A stretch of DNA of 51,169 nucleotides from an uncultured Gammaproteobacteria bacterium (GCA_963827755.1 CAWHCQ010000039.1:1-51169); one strand, 5' to 3'; positions 19,241 to 30,654 are shown, counted from the first letter of the stretch. Made by a program: numbers and translations. The notes: generated by a model not told the origin, from the sequence alone.

Positions 19241-19274
19241 GTTGGTACCTAAGTACGATGGACAGAAAATTGAC
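19241..19274. promoter_or_regulatory. Second copy of the motif (GTTGGTACCTAAGTACGATGG) abutting FleQ-like GACAGAAAATTGAC, upstream of the adhesin
   Basis: First 10 nt identical to the 18676 copy, with quasi-palindromic GTAC-N4-GTAC core. The adjacent 14-mer (19261-19274) has two mismatches to the FleQ consensus GTCANTAAATTGAC. Confidence 0.45.
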
Positions 19275-19525
19275 TCTGTGACATCGTGAGGATAGCCGGA
19301 ATATAAGCTTCAGGAAGATGCCATCAGCCGGGCAATATCCATAAATTTCCGAAGCAACGGTTTTCAGATACGATCAGGCTGCAGGAGAGCAGGTGCGAAA
19401 AGTTAACTTCAGTGAGCAGGAATTGGGAAGACGTGTCCCGGCATGTAATATACAGCTTGAATACAGGGATGCATGTTTTACAGAACAAGTAATCGCTTAT
19501 AAATACAAGGGATGAGGACGTCATT

Positions 19526-22500
19526 ATGGCTACAGTAACGATTGGTAAAATAGGAAACATCGAGGGCAGTGTAGAAGTCGTACACGCAGATGGAACCAAA
19601 GGCAGCCTTGAACAGGGCGCCCCCGTCTATGCAGACGATGCTGTCACGACCGGCGAGAATTCAAATGTCCGGATCGAATTCCTTGATGGATCGGCCATGA
19701 ACATTGGCCCTGAATTCACAGCCATCCTGGACAAAGACGTATTCGATTCCGCACTTCTCCGGGGAGATGACACAGACGCTACTTCGATAGTGCTGGATAG
19801 CAGTGACAGGGAAGTTGCCCCTGACAGTGGGCTCGACAGCGAAGCTAAAGAAAAGATTGGCAGTGTCGAAAAGGCAGAGGGCGTTGTCGAGGCTGTCGGC
19901 GAAGACGGCATTCCGCGCATGCTCGAGGATGGCGATGCACTCTATGCCAATGACGTCATCCGGGTTGATGACGATGGCAGTGTATCCATCAAGATGATCG
20001 ATGGTTCCGACCTCTCGTTTGGTCCGGGGACCCTGGCGCGTATGGGAGACAGCGTTACCACAGTGGCGAGCAGCGAACCATCAGCTGTCCCTGGTAGTGC
20101 ACAGCCAGCCGTCGTTGATGCCGCACAGATTGCAGCCATCATCGGGGAAGGTCGGGATCCTACCGAGGAAGCAACCGCACCGGCAGCCGGCGAAACCGGC
20201 GGTAATGAAGGCGTGGATTTCACCGTTATCGAGCCAAGCCACAGGGCCGTTACACCGACCAGTGGTCACGACACCCATGGTTTTGAGCTGCCATTCGGCA
20301 TTCCTGAACCGGATTTACTGGAACCTGAAGAAGATTCCGTCACAGGTTATTCTCCAGGGTACCGGTCTCGCAGGTACCACGGTACTTGAAGGCGTGTCGG
20401 CGCTATTCACTGTCAGTCTGAGCAAGGCCAGCGCTAGTGACAGTTTCATTGTTCTGTCGGCTACTGACGGTACGGCGTTGTCGGCCGATGATCCAACGAC
20501 ACCGCTTGTCAATGAGCAGGACTATAACAACATACAGTTCTACTTTGATAAAGACCTGACCAATCCGATTCCAGCCAATACACTGACGATTGCCGCCGGT
20601 GACACCGGTCCTGTCGAGATCTATGTCGGTACCATCAATAACGACCCACCGTTTCAGGAACCGATCGAAAATTATATTCTTCAGGCCGATGCATCGGGTG
20701 GCGCAACCGGTATTGCAACCGCGAACGGTTTTATTGAGGACCAGCCGTTTGTGATAATCAAGGGCATTGATCCGGGCGCGACCGGTACCACGGTACTGGA
20801 AGGTACGGCTGCGGAGTTCAAGGTGGGCCAGAGCAAGGTGAGTGCGGTCGACACGACGGTGCAGCTGTCGTTGACAGATGGCACGGCCGACTCGACGGAC
20901 TACGACAACGTCCAGTTTTACTCGGACCCGAGTTTTTCACCGGCCTCGATTATTACGGGTAACCTGCTGACGATTCCGGCCGGTAGCACGGAAGTATCGG
21001 TCTATGTGAAGACCATCGATAACGATCCGCCGTTTGACGAGGCCAACGAGACCTACACGGTGACGGCCACGGGTGTCATGGGTGTTGAGGGTGTTGCCAC
21101 GGCCGCCGGTATTATCACCGATCTGCCGACGACCATTATCAAGGGCATTGATCCGGGCGCGACCGGTACCACGGTACTGGAAGGTACGGCTGCGGAGTTC
21201 AAGGTGGGCCAGAGCAAGGTGAGCGCTGGTGGACACCACGGTGCAGCTGTCGTTGACAGATGGCACGGCCGACTCGACGGACTACGACAACGTCCAGTTT
21301 TACTCGGACCCGAGTTTTTCACCGGCCTCGATTATTACGGGTAACCTGCTGACGATTCCGGCCGGTAGCACGGAAGTATCGGTCTATGTGAAGACCATCG
21401 ATAACGATCCGCCGTTTGACGAGGCCAACGAGACCTACACGGTGACGGCCACGGGTGTCATGGGTGTTGAGGGTGTTGCCACGGCCGCCGGTATTATCAC
21501 CGATCTGCCGACGACCATTATCAAGGGCATTGATCCGGGCGCGACCGGTACCACGGTACTGGAAGGTACGGCTGCGGAGTTCAAGGTGGGCCAGAGCAAG
21601 GTGAGCGCGGTGGACACCACGGTGCAGCTGTCGTTGACAGATGGCACGGCCGACTCGACGGACTACGACAACGTCCAGTTTTACTCGGACCCGAGTTTTT
21701 CACCGGCCTCGATTATTACGGGTAACCTGCTGACGATTCCGGCCGGTAGACACGGAAGTATCGGTCTATGTGAAGACCATCGATAACGATCCGCCGTTTG
21801 ACGAGGCCAACGAGACCTACACGGTGACGGCCACGGGTGTCATGGGTGTTGAGGGTGTTGCCACGGCCGCCGGTATTATCACCGACCTGCCGACGACCAT
21901 TATCAAGGGCATTGATCCGGGCGCGACGGGTACCACGGTCTGAAGAAGGTACGGCGGCGGAGTTCACGGTGGAACTGAGCAAGGCGAGCCTGGTGGACAC
22001 CACGGTGCAGCTGTCGTTGACGGACGGCACGGCCGACTCGACGGACTACGACAATGCAGTCACAGTTGATTACAACAGCACCCAGTTCTATTTTGACGCG
22101 GCCTTGACCAGCCCGATTCCAGGCAACACCCTGACGATTCCCGCCGGTAGCGCCGGTCCTGTAGACATCTACGTCAGTACCATCAATAACGACCCGCCGT
22201 TTGATGAGCCGACCGAAAACTATACGCTTCAGGCCGAAGCATCGGGTGGCGCAACCGGCATTGCAACCGCGAACGGTCTCATTGAGGACCAGCCCGTTGT
22301 CATCATCAAGGGCACCGATCCGGGCCTGGCGGGCACCACGGTTGAAGAAGGCACGGCGGCGAAGTTCACGGTGGAGTTGAGCAAGGCGAGTGCGGTTGAC
22401 GAGACCGTCACCCTGGCGGCGACCGATGGCACGGCCGACTCAAGCGACTATGACAACACGAAGTTTTACCTGGATGCGGGCCTGACCATGGAGGTCCCGG

Positions 22501-25003
22501 CCACGGGCCTGGTGTTTTTGGCCGGTGATACCTCGATCGACATCTATGTCGACACCATCAATAACGATCCGCCGTTCGACGAGCCGAACGAGGACTACAC
22601 GGTAACGGTGACGGGCACGGGCGGTGTCGAGGGTACGGACACGGCCACCGGCATTATCACCGACAGTCCGCAGGTGACCATCATGGGCACCACTGCGGCG
22701 GGCACCACGGTTGAAGAAGGCACGGCGGCGAAGTTCACGGTGGAGTTGAGCAAGGCGAGTGCGGTTGATGAGACCGTCACCCTGGCGGCGACCGATGGCA
22801 CGGCCGACTCAAGCGACTATGACAACACGAAGTTTTACCTGGATGCGGGCCTGACCACGGAGGTCCCGGCCACGGGCCTGGTGTTTTTGGCCGGTGATAC
22901 CTCGATCGACATCTATGTCGACACCATCAATAACGATCCGCCGTTCGACGAGCCGAACGAGGACTACACGGTAACGGTGACGGGCACGGGCGGTGTCGAG
23001 GGTACGGACACGGCCACCGGCATTATCACCGACAGTCCGCAGGTGACCATCATTGGCACCACTGCGGCGGGCACCACGGTTGAAGAAGGCACGGCGGCGA
23101 AGTTCACGGTGGAGTTGAGCAAGGCGAGTGCGGTTGATGAGACCGTCACCCTGGCGGCGACCGATGGCACGGCCGACTCAAGCGACTATGACAACACGAA
23201 GTTTTACCTGGATGCGGGCCTGACCACGGAGGTCCCGGCCACGGGCCTGGTGTTTTTGGCCGGTGATACCTCGATCGACATCTATGTCGATACCATCAAT
23301 AACGATCCGCCGTTTGGTGAGCCGACCGAGAACTACACGGTAACGGTGACGGGCACGGGCGGTGTCGAGGGTACGGACACGGCCACCGGCTTTATTACCG
23401 ACAGCCATCGCGCGTTCGTCGTCGGAACCAATGCCGATGATGTCGGCCCCGACGATAATGTTGATCCGCATCAAGTCAACAACACACCACCGATTGATTC
23501 AGGCACGATTATTGGCGGGAGTAATCCGGATATACTGGTCGGTGATGTGGGTGGTACCTCCGCAACTAATACAAATGCCAATATCATCCTGATTACTGGA
23601 TACATCGGGGAGTATGGTGAATCAGATCGATTTTGATGATGACTCAGACCCAGCTACACCAGACATCTCGATATCTCGCCTGGCGGCACTGAAACTGGCG
23701 GTCGATGCGCTTCTGACCGAGTTGGCGGGAAGTGCTGCAAATCAAGTGCGCGTCCATATAATCGATTTCAATACAAGGGCCTCAAGCCTTGGCACCTTTA
23801 ACCTGAAAGATGCCGGGCAACTGGATGATGCCAAGGATTCGTATGTTAACCTGCAACGCTGCTGGCTGGACAAACTATGAGGATGCACTGCAGAAGGCCA
23901 TTGACTGGTCAGGTGATTCGAATAATCTGCTTGGTGATGCTGGCGGCACATTAAATGTCGTTAACCAGACGTTCTTTATCTCTGATGGTCAGCCGACAGC
24001 CTTCAATACCGGTAACACCACAACAGGAGACGATGTATCAGATAATCAGACAGCATCGCTTTCGTTGGATCATGCGACAGGCGATGTAGGTACTGTCGAT
24101 AATGTCAGTGAAGTGGCCATACTGGAAAACCAGTTTGGTCCCACTGAGGCAATCGGCATCGCGATCGCCGACCCCAGCAGTAGCCTGGACAACCTGGATG
24201 AAGTGGAGGGAGAGTTGAGGTCCTCGGATGCGGCAGACACAATTTTCACCGCAAACGAGCTCATCGACGTGCTTCAGGATCTCAACCCGCTGAAGAATCT
24301 TGAACCCGTGGGTGATGACACAATCAACGCCGGGGACGGTGATGACTTGATCTTTGGTGATTCGCTCTTTACGGATACCCTGGCCGGCCTGGAGGGCATC
24401 ACTACGGAAGACGGTTCCGGCTGGCAGGTCTTTGCTGACCTGGAGGCAGGGATGGGTACAACCCCGGGATGGGACAGGGCGGACACCATCGACTATATAC
24501 AGACCAACCATGAAGAACTGGGCGCCGAGTCAGACCTTGCCGGGACAGGCCGAACGGGTGGAATCGATATCATCGATGCGGGCGGAGGTGACGATATCGT
24601 CTATGGCCAGGAAGGTGACGACATGATCACCGGTGGCAGCGGTGACGACATGATCACCGGTGGCACCGGTGCTGACACGTTCATATGGAATTCCGGTGAT
24701 GAAGGTACTGCAAACGATCCGGCTAACGATACCGTTACGGACTTCGATCGTGGCGATGACGATGTGCTGAATATTGCGGACCTGCTGGATGGTGCAAATT
24801 CCGACGCGGGCGACCTTGATGGTGCATACATCAGTATTGCATCGAGCGGCGGAGATACAACGCTTTCGATTTTTAGCGATGGCGATGGAGCCACTGCGCC
24901 GGGCCCTGATCAGAAGATTGTACTGACCGGGCTTGGTCTGTCGGGTTCCAGCGAAAGTATGATTAATAGTCTGCTGGGTGACGGCAGTCTGGTTACCGAA
25001 TAG
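19526..25003 (+). CDS. lapA: LapA-like RTX adhesin (~1820 aa): two retention domains, LapG site, eight Calx-beta/Ig-like repeats, vWA, RTX nonapeptides, T1SS C-terminal signal; broken by six +1 frameshifts
   Basis: DPTEEATAPAAG (LapG-type AA site); repeats TTVxEGTAAxFxV..SKxS....V.L..TDGTADSxDY; LDTSGSM / GWTNYEDAL / FISDGQPT (vWA MIDAS); GDDTINAGDGDDLIFGD, GDDMITGGSGDDMITGGTGADTF, DTVTDF. The reading frame advances by +1 at ~20340, ~21227, ~21749, ~21940, ~23593 and ~23845, and the total span is a multiple of 3. Confidence 0.9.
20757..22053 (+). repeat. Near-identical 381-bp (127-aa) tandem repeats: three full copies plus a partial fourth
   Basis: ATCAAGGGCATTGATCCGGGCGCGAC at 20757, 21138, 21520 and 21902 (spacing 381/382/382; the extra bases are the frameshifting insertions). 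Confidence 0.93.
22331..23405 (+). repeat. Near-identical 369-bp (123-aa) tandem repeats, three copies
   Basis: GGGCACCACGGTTGAAGAAGGCACGGCGGCG at 22331, 22700 and 23069. Confidence 0.95.
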
Positions 25004-25018
25004 CATGAATGATTGATT

Positions 25019-25124
25019 CCCCCGGTACTGTCAGGTACCGGGGGATTGAGCGTGCGGTTAACACCGAGATTTCAGATTAATCCTTCTATCTTCCGAATGC
25101 CCTGCTCAATGCAGGGCGTTTTTT
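25019..25124 (+). terminator. Two stem-loops after the adhesin; the second is a canonical intrinsic terminator
   Basis: CCCCCGGTAC-TGTCAG-GTACCGGGGG (25019-25044); GAATGCCCTGC-TCAAT-GCAGGGCGTT-TTTT (25095-25124). Confidence 0.75.
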
Positions 25125-25221
25125 GTTCGTGTATAGCTGCAGAATCCGGTAAAACTATCCGCGTGACTGTGTAATAATCCCCGCTGGATTTATTTATCAC
25201 CCGGGATACCCACGCCACACC

Positions 25222-26469
25222 ATGTTTCGTCCACTTGAACTCTTTATCGGCCTGCGCTACACGCACAGCAAGCGGCGGACGCATTTCATTTCCTTCATAT
25301 CCATGACCTCCATGCTGGGCATTGCGCTTGGCGTGACGGCGTTGATCACCGTCCTGTCGGTGATGAATGGTTTCGAGCAGGAATTGCGCGAGCGGATTCT
25401 CGGCATGGCCTCGCATGCATCGGTGACCACCTTTGGCGGCAAGCTGGAGGACTGGCAGGGGCTGACCCGGGTCATCGAGGGCCGGGAGCACGTGGTCGCG
25501 ACGGCGCCGTATGTGCGCGGCGAGGCGATGCTCAGCCACGGCAAGAGCGTCAGCGGCGCCCTGATACGCGGCATACTGCCGGAAATCGAAGGGAATGTCT
25601 CCGACGTAACTGATCACATCAAGAGCGGCAGTATGGAAATGTTGCAGCCGGGCGAGTACGGGATCGTGCTCGGTAACGAGCTGGCCTTTGCCCTGGGTGC
25701 CGGGCTCGGGGACAAGATCACGGTGGTTACTCCCCAGATCATGGTGGGACCGACGGGGGCGATGCCGCGCCTGCGGCGTTTTACGGTTGTCGGGATTTTC
25801 GATGTCGGCATGTATGAATATGACCGTACCGTGGCGCTGGTGCATATCGTGGATGCCGCCAAGCTGCTGCAAATGGATGACACCGTGACCGGGCTGCGCC
25901 TCAAGCTCGACGATCTCTTCAATGCGCCGATGGTCAGTCGTCAGCTGGCAGTCGATTTAATCGGTGATTACCGGGTCGAGGACTGGACCCGGCAGCATGC
26001 CAACTTTTTTCGCGCGGTGAAGACCGAGAAGCGCGTGATGTTCATTATTCTTACACTGATTGTCGCCGTTGCCGCCTTTAATATCGTCTCCACCCTGATT
26101 ATGGTGGTCACCGAGAAGCAATCGGATATTGCCATCCTGCGCACCCTGGGCATGTCACCGGGTTCGATCATGGTTATCTTCATCATCCAGGGCGCGGTCA
26201 TCGGCATCATGGGTACCGTACTGGGTGTTGCCGGCGGTGTCGGGCTGGCATTGAATATCGAGACCATCGTGCCGGCTATCGAACAATTGTTTGAGGTGAA
26301 ATTTCTTGCGGCGGACGTGTACTACATCAGCACGGTACCGTCCAGCCTGCACTGGAATGATGTCTGGGTAATGGCAGGCGTTGCGATGGGGCTGAGCCTG
26401 CTGGCGACCCTGTACCCGGCCTGGCGCGCGGCCCGTACCCATCCTGCCGAGGCATTGCGTTATGAATAG
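25222..26469 (+). CDS. lolE: Lipoprotein-releasing ABC transporter permease LolC/E
   Basis: [63 protein letters not shown]. Confidence 0.95.
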   Translation: MFRPLELFIGLRYTHSKRRTHFISFISMTSMLGIALGVTALITVLSVMNGFEQELRERILGMASHASVTTFGGKLEDWQGLTRVIEGREHVVATAPYVRGEAMLSHGKSVSGALIRGILPEIEGNVSDVTDHIKSGSMEMLQPGEYGIVLGNELAFALGAGLGDKITVVTPQIMVGPTGAMPRLRRFTVVGIFDVGMYEYDRTVALVHIVDAAKLLQMDDTVTGLRLKLDDLFNAPMVSRQLAVDLIGDYRVEDWTRQHANFFRAVKTEKRVMFIILTLIVAVAAFNIVSTLIMVVTEKQSDIAILRTLGMSPGSIMVIFIIQGAVIGIMGTVLGVAGGVGLALNIETIVPAIEQLFEVKFLAADVYYISTVPSSLHWNDVWVMAGVAMGLSLLATLYPAWRAARTHPAEALRYE

Positions 26470-27139
26470 TGTGCTCAGCTGCAGTCATCTCGCGCGGACA
26501 TTTTTCGAGGGTGAGGATACGTTGCATATCCTGCGCGATATCAACCTGTCGATCGCCGCAGGTGAGCGTGTTGCGATCATGGGGGCTTCCGGAAGCGGCA
26601 AGAGTACCCTGCTGCATTTGCTCGGCGGCCTGGACGAACCAACCATTGGCGAGGTGCAGATTACCGGCATTTCAGTCGCCGGCCTCGGCTCGGCACAACT
26701 CGGTCGCCTGCGTAACAGCACGCTCGGCTTTGTCTACCAGTTTCATCACCTGCTGCCGGAATTTACGGCGCTTGAAAACGTTGCCATGCCGTTGCTGATC
26801 GGCGGCAGTGATCCGGCCGAGGCGGGTAAAGAGGCCGAGCAGGTACTGGCGCGCGTTGGCCTGACTGCGCGCTTGATGCATAAACCGGGTGAGTTGTCCG
26901 GTGGTGAACGCCAGCGTGCGGCGGTGGCGCGTGCCCTGGTAACACGTCCGCAATGTATATTGGCTGATGAGCCGACCGGCAACCTCGATCGTCAGAATGC
27001 AGAACAGGTGTTTGACCTGATGCTGGCGTTGAACCAGGAGTACGGTGCCAGTCAGTTGATTGTCACGCACGATATCTCGCTTGCAGAGCGCATGGATCGC
27101 ATTCTTTATCTGCAGGACGGTAGCCTGGTAGAGCAATAG
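26462..27139 (+). CDS. lolD: Lipoprotein-releasing ABC transporter ATP-binding protein
   Basis: [54 protein letters not shown]. Confidence 0.97.
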   Translation: MNSVLSCSHLARTFFEGEDTLHILRDINLSIAAGERVAIMGASGSGKSTLLHLLGGLDEPTIGEVQITGISVAGLGSAQLGRLRNSTLGFVYQFHHLLPEFTALENVAMPLLIGGSDPAEAGKEAEQVLARVGLTARLMHKPGELSGGERQRAAVARALVTRPQCILADEPTGNLDRQNAEQVFDLMLALNQEYGASQLIVTHDISLAERMDRILYLQDGSLVEQ

Positions 27140-27212
27140 ACCGGCACGTCCGTGCTGCCGGGAACCCGGCGGGGCATGTGCCTTGCCAATAACACGATGT
27201 TCAGGGACGAAC

Positions 27213-29507
27213 ATGCTGTTACCCGTTATCGCCTTTCTTGCCGGCGTACTTGCACTGCAGTTCTGCAGCACGCTCCCGCCCGTCCTTGCCTACACCCTTG
27301 TTCCACTTGCGCTGGCGTTATTGCGCTGGCCGCGGACACGTATCCCGGCATTCCTGCTTATCGGTTTTTTCTGGGCGGCCTTGCGGGCAGAAATCGCACT
27401 GGCACCCGCGCTGGATGCGGGGCTCGAGGGGCAGACCGTACTGGTTGAGGGCACCGTGCTGGATATCCCGAGGCAGGTGGCACCGGGCAAAACGCGTTTT
27501 TTGTTCCAGCTGCAGCGGCTGGATGCAGGTTCCGGCTGGCATGAATTCCAGGGCAAGGTGCGACTCAGCAACTATGCCGTGATCGAGACAATGGAGGGCG
27601 GTGAGCGCTGGCGCCTGGCGGTACGTTTAAAGCGGCCACGCGGGTTCTCAAACCCGGGCGGCTTTGACTACGAACGCTGGTTATTTGAGCAACGCATCAT
27701 CGCGACCGGCTATATCCGCAAGGACCCCGCTAATCAGCGTCTGCGGGCAGGTGCGCTTGATATAATCACGGCCGTGCGTCATCGCCTGATCAGGACCCTT
27801 GACAGGATGGATCCCCGGCAAGCCAGCCTGGGTATGGTGCAGGCCCTGACGGTGGGTGATCGCAATGCCATCAGCCTGCAACAGTGGGACACCCTGCGCG
27901 CCACCGGTACCAGCCACCTGATGGCAATATCGGGGCTGCACATCAGCCTGGTGGCCGGACTGGTATTCTGGCTGGCGCAGTTTGCCTGGTCTCGCTGCAC
28001 ACGGCTGGCCGAGAGGATACCGGCGCGCAAGGCGGCAGCGGTTGCGGCGATCCTGGCTGCCGTATTGTATGCCCTGCTGTCCGGGTTCAATATCCCTGCA
28101 CGCCGTGCCGTGGTGATGGTTGTCGTCTTTATGCTGGCCATTGTCTTTAACCGTTATGCCTCACTGGTACAGGCTCTTTGCCTGGCGGTCCTGGTCACAC
28201 TTGTCATTGACCCCCTGGCCGTTCTGTCTGTCGGCTGGTGGCTGTCGTTCTGGGCTGTTGCCATCATTGCCTGGATGGTCACGGGTCGGCACGGCCGGCA
28301 GGGGGCGGGCTACCGCTGGTTCTACATGCATGTTGTACTGGCCGTCGGCATGTTGCCGATCCTGCTGGTCTGCTTTCAGCAAGCCTCCGTGGTTGCGCCG
28401 CTGGCAAATTTTCTGGCAGTACCCTGGGTCGGCTTGCTGGTGGTGCCCGTAGCCTTGCTGGGCGCCCTGGTGGCGATGCTGAACGAAATGGCTGGTCAAT
28501 TCCTGCTTGGTATCTCCGCAGGCTTGCTGGATTTCATCTGGCCCTGGCTGGAGTGGCTGGCTGCGCTGGATTTTTCTCTCTGGCATCAGCATCAACCCGT
28601 GGCCTGGACTCTGCTGCCGGCGATGCTCGGCCTTGCTGTCCTGTTCGTGCCACGCGGTTTCCCGGCACGCTGGACGGGACTTGTGATGGTACTGCCCATG
28701 TTCCTGGTGCAGCCGGACAGGCCGGGGCATGCCGAGGCGTGGGTGACGCTGCTGGACGTGGGGCAGGGGCTGGCGACGGTGGTGCAGACCAGCGGTCACA
28801 CGCTTGTTTATGATGCCGGACCTGATTTCGGCGGCGGTTTCGACACGGGGAATACGGTTGTCGTTCCGTTTTTGCGCCACCAGGGAATCCGCCGCCTGGA
28901 TAGCCTGATCGTCAGCCATGGCGATAACGATCACATCGGCGGGGTCAATTCCCTGCTGGCGGCATACCCTGCGGCAAGATTGTTGTCCGGCACACCCGGG
29001 AAATTGCCCGGCACCGCAGTTGAACGGTGCGGGCTTGGCGACCAGTGGCGCTGGGACGGGGTCATTTTCACGATATTGCATCCGCGGCCGGGCGACCAGG
29101 TGAGCGGCAATAATGCATCCTGTGTGCTGCGTATCGAACTGCCAGCGGGGCAGCGTGTATTGCTGACCGGGGATATCGAAGCGCCTTCCGAGCGGGTCTT
29201 GCTGCAGGACGGCCACGGGCCATTGTCAGCCGATGTACTGGTGGCGCCACATCACGGCAGTATGACCTCGTCGTCTCCCGCGTTTATCAAAGCGGTCAAT
29301 CCCGGGATAGTGCTGTTTCCTGCCGGGTACCGAAACCGCTTTCAGTTCCCGAAACAGGACATTGTTGAACGCTACCTGGCGATTGGCGCAGAAACCTACA
29401 ACAGCGGCGACCACGGGGCGATTACGCTGAAGCTGGACGGCCTGGCCGGGGAGGGGCCGCAAATCAGCCTGTACCGGAGTACACAGCGGCGCTACTGGAA
29501 CCCCTGA
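27213..29507 (+). CDS. comEC: DNA internalization competence protein ComEC/Rec2
   Basis: NPGGFDYERW, GTSHLMAISGLHI, LDVGQG, SHGDNDHIGG, LLTGDIE, PHHGS, GYRNRFQFP. Confidence 0.95.
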   Translation: MLLPVIAFLAGVLALQFCSTLPPVLAYTLVPLALALLRWPRTRIPAFLLIGFFWAALRAEIALAPALDAGLEGQTVLVEGTVLDIPRQVAPGKTRFLFQLQRLDAGSGWHEFQGKVRLSNYAVIETMEGGERWRLAVRLKRPRGFSNPGGFDYERWLFEQRIIATGYIRKDPANQRLRAGALDIITAVRHRLIRTLDRMDPRQASLGMVQALTVGDRNAISLQQWDTLRATGTSHLMAISGLHISLVAGLVFWLAQFAWSRCTRLAERIPARKAAAVAAILAAVLYALLSGFNIPARRAVVMVVVFMLAIVFNRYASLVQALCLAVLVTLVIDPLAVLSVGWWLSFWAVAIIAWMVTGRHGRQGAGYRWFYMHVVLAVGMLPILLVCFQQASVVAPLANFLAVPWVGLLVVPVALLGALVAMLNEMAGQFLLGISAGLLDFIWPWLEWLAALDFSLWHQHQPVAWTLLPAMLGLAVLFVPRGFPARWTGLVMVLPMFLVQPDRPGHAEAWVTLLDVGQGLATVVQTSGHTLVYDAGPDFGGGFDTGNTVVVPFLRHQGIRRLDSLIVSHGDNDHIGGVNSLLAAYPAARLLSGTPGKLPGTAVERCGLGDQWRWDGVIFTILHPRPGDQVSGNNASCVLRIELPAGQRVLLTGDIEAPSERVLLQDGHGPLSADVLVAPHHGSMTSSSPAFIKAVNPGIVLFPAGYRNRFQFPKQDIVERYLAIGAETYNSGDHGAITLKLDGLAGEGPQISLYRSTQRRYWNP

Positions 29508-29601
29508 GGATCACTTCATGAATCCATCTTTGGCTGGTGGTGTAAATACAGTATGATTCGCAGCAGTACGGGTTTCCGTAAAGACAAAGGGTGGTGATTC
29601 T

Positions 29602-30231
29602 GTGTTTGAGATGGTGAAAGCAGGCGGCTGGCTGATGCTGCCGATTATTGCGTGTTCTATCGTGGCACTGGCGATTATCGTGGAAAGGGTCTGGTCCCTG
29701 CAGATGCGACGGGTGCTGCCAAAACACCTGGTAGCCCAGGTCTGGCGCTGGGAGAAGGTACACCAGTTAAACGGTGAGAACCTGCGTGATCTGCAGGCCA
29801 GTTCACCGCTTGGATCCATTCTCGCGGCCGGGATAACGAATCGTTACCAGAGCCGCGACATCATGAAGGAAAGTATCGAGGATACCGGCAGACATGTTGT
29901 CCATGAGCTTGAACGCTACCTGAACACGCTCGGCACAATCGCCGCCATCACTCCCTTGCTGGGCCTGCTCGGCACGGTCATCGGAATGATCAAGGTGTTT
30001 GCGACGATTACTACCCAGGGTGTGGGTAACCCGGGCGCACTGGCCGGCGGCATTTCCGAGGCCTTGCTTACCACGGCAGCAGGCATGTCGGTTGCGATAC
30101 CGACGCTGATGTTTTATCGCTATTTCAGGGGCCGTGTCAGGATGCTGGTTTTGAGGATGGAACAGGAGGCCATGACGATGATCGAGATCATGCATGGGCA
30201 GCGTGATGGCAGTCTCGACAGTGAGGAATAG
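29602..30231 (+). CDS. exbB: MotA/TolQ/ExbB proton channel family protein
   Basis: GGWLMLPII, LGTIAAITPLLGLLGTVIGMI, GISEALLTTAAG; GTG start. Confidence 0.93.
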   Translation: MFEMVKAGGWLMLPIIACSIVALAIIVERVWSLQMRRVLPKHLVAQVWRWEKVHQLNGENLRDLQASSPLGSILAAGITNRYQSRDIMKESIEDTGRHVVHELERYLNTLGTIAAITPLLGLLGTVIGMIKVFATITTQGVGNPGALAGGISEALLTTAAGMSVAIPTLMFYRYFRGRVRMLVLRMEQEAMTMIEIMHGQRDGSLDSEE

Positions 30232-30234
30232 CTC

Positions 30235-30654
30235 GTGAATCTTCAACCCGGAAATGAAGATGAACCGGAGATCAACCTGACGCCGTTGATCGATGTGGTG
30301 TTCCTGCTGTTGATATTTTTCATGGTCTCGACCACCTTTTTGACACAGTCGCGTATCAAGATCGATTTACCGGAAGCGACGGCGACGCAGACCGGGCAGG
30401 AAGAGGAACCGCTGGAGATCGTGATCGATTCGCAGGGCCGGTATTTTATCGGCGACCAGCAGACGGTCAATACAACGTCAAAAACACTCAAGAGTGCGAT
30501 CAGCAAGGCGCTGGGGGATCGAGGGTCGGCGCCGGTCATCATTCGGGCTGATGCCTATACACCACACCAGGCAGTCGTTACGGCGCTGGATGTGACGAGT
30601 CAACTGGGGCTGACGCGCATCTCGCTGGCAACATCCAAGCTCGAGGAAAACTAG
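30235..30654 (+). CDS. exbD: ExbD/TolR biopolymer transport protein
   Basis: INLTPLIDVVFLLLIFFMVSTTF, IIRADA. Confidence 0.94.
   Translation: MNLQPGNEDEPEINLTPLIDVVFLLLIFFMVSTTFLTQSRIKIDLPEATATQTGQEEEPLEIVIDSQGRYFIGDQQTVNTTSKTLKSAISKALGDRGSAPVIIRADAYTPHQAVVTALDVTSQLGLTRISLATSKLEEN

Noticed and set aside
19275-19525. c-di-GMP riboswitch in the adhesin leader
   Set aside because: I could not find the GEMM-I pattern (GGCAAA..GAAA..GGACGCAAAGC) by eye; an Infernal search would settle it.
20757-23405. Long direct repeats as a CRISPR array or mobile element
   Set aside because: The units are 381 and 369 bp, multiples of three, protein-coding, and have no spacers or cas genes.
24613-24666. 27-bp tandem duplication
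   Set aside because: Ordinary RTX nonapeptide repeat (GDDMITGGx).
19526-25003. Adhesin as several separate genes, or programmed frameshifting / phase variation
   Set aside because: The breaks fall mid-domain, are not at slippery or simple-sequence tracts, and match the window-wide indel pattern.
28161-29216. Long antisense ORFs (also 584..1429, 25072..25872, 34667..35509, 40400..41323 and others)
   Set aside because: Typical shadow ORFs opposite well-supported genes in GC-rich DNA, with no recognisable motifs.
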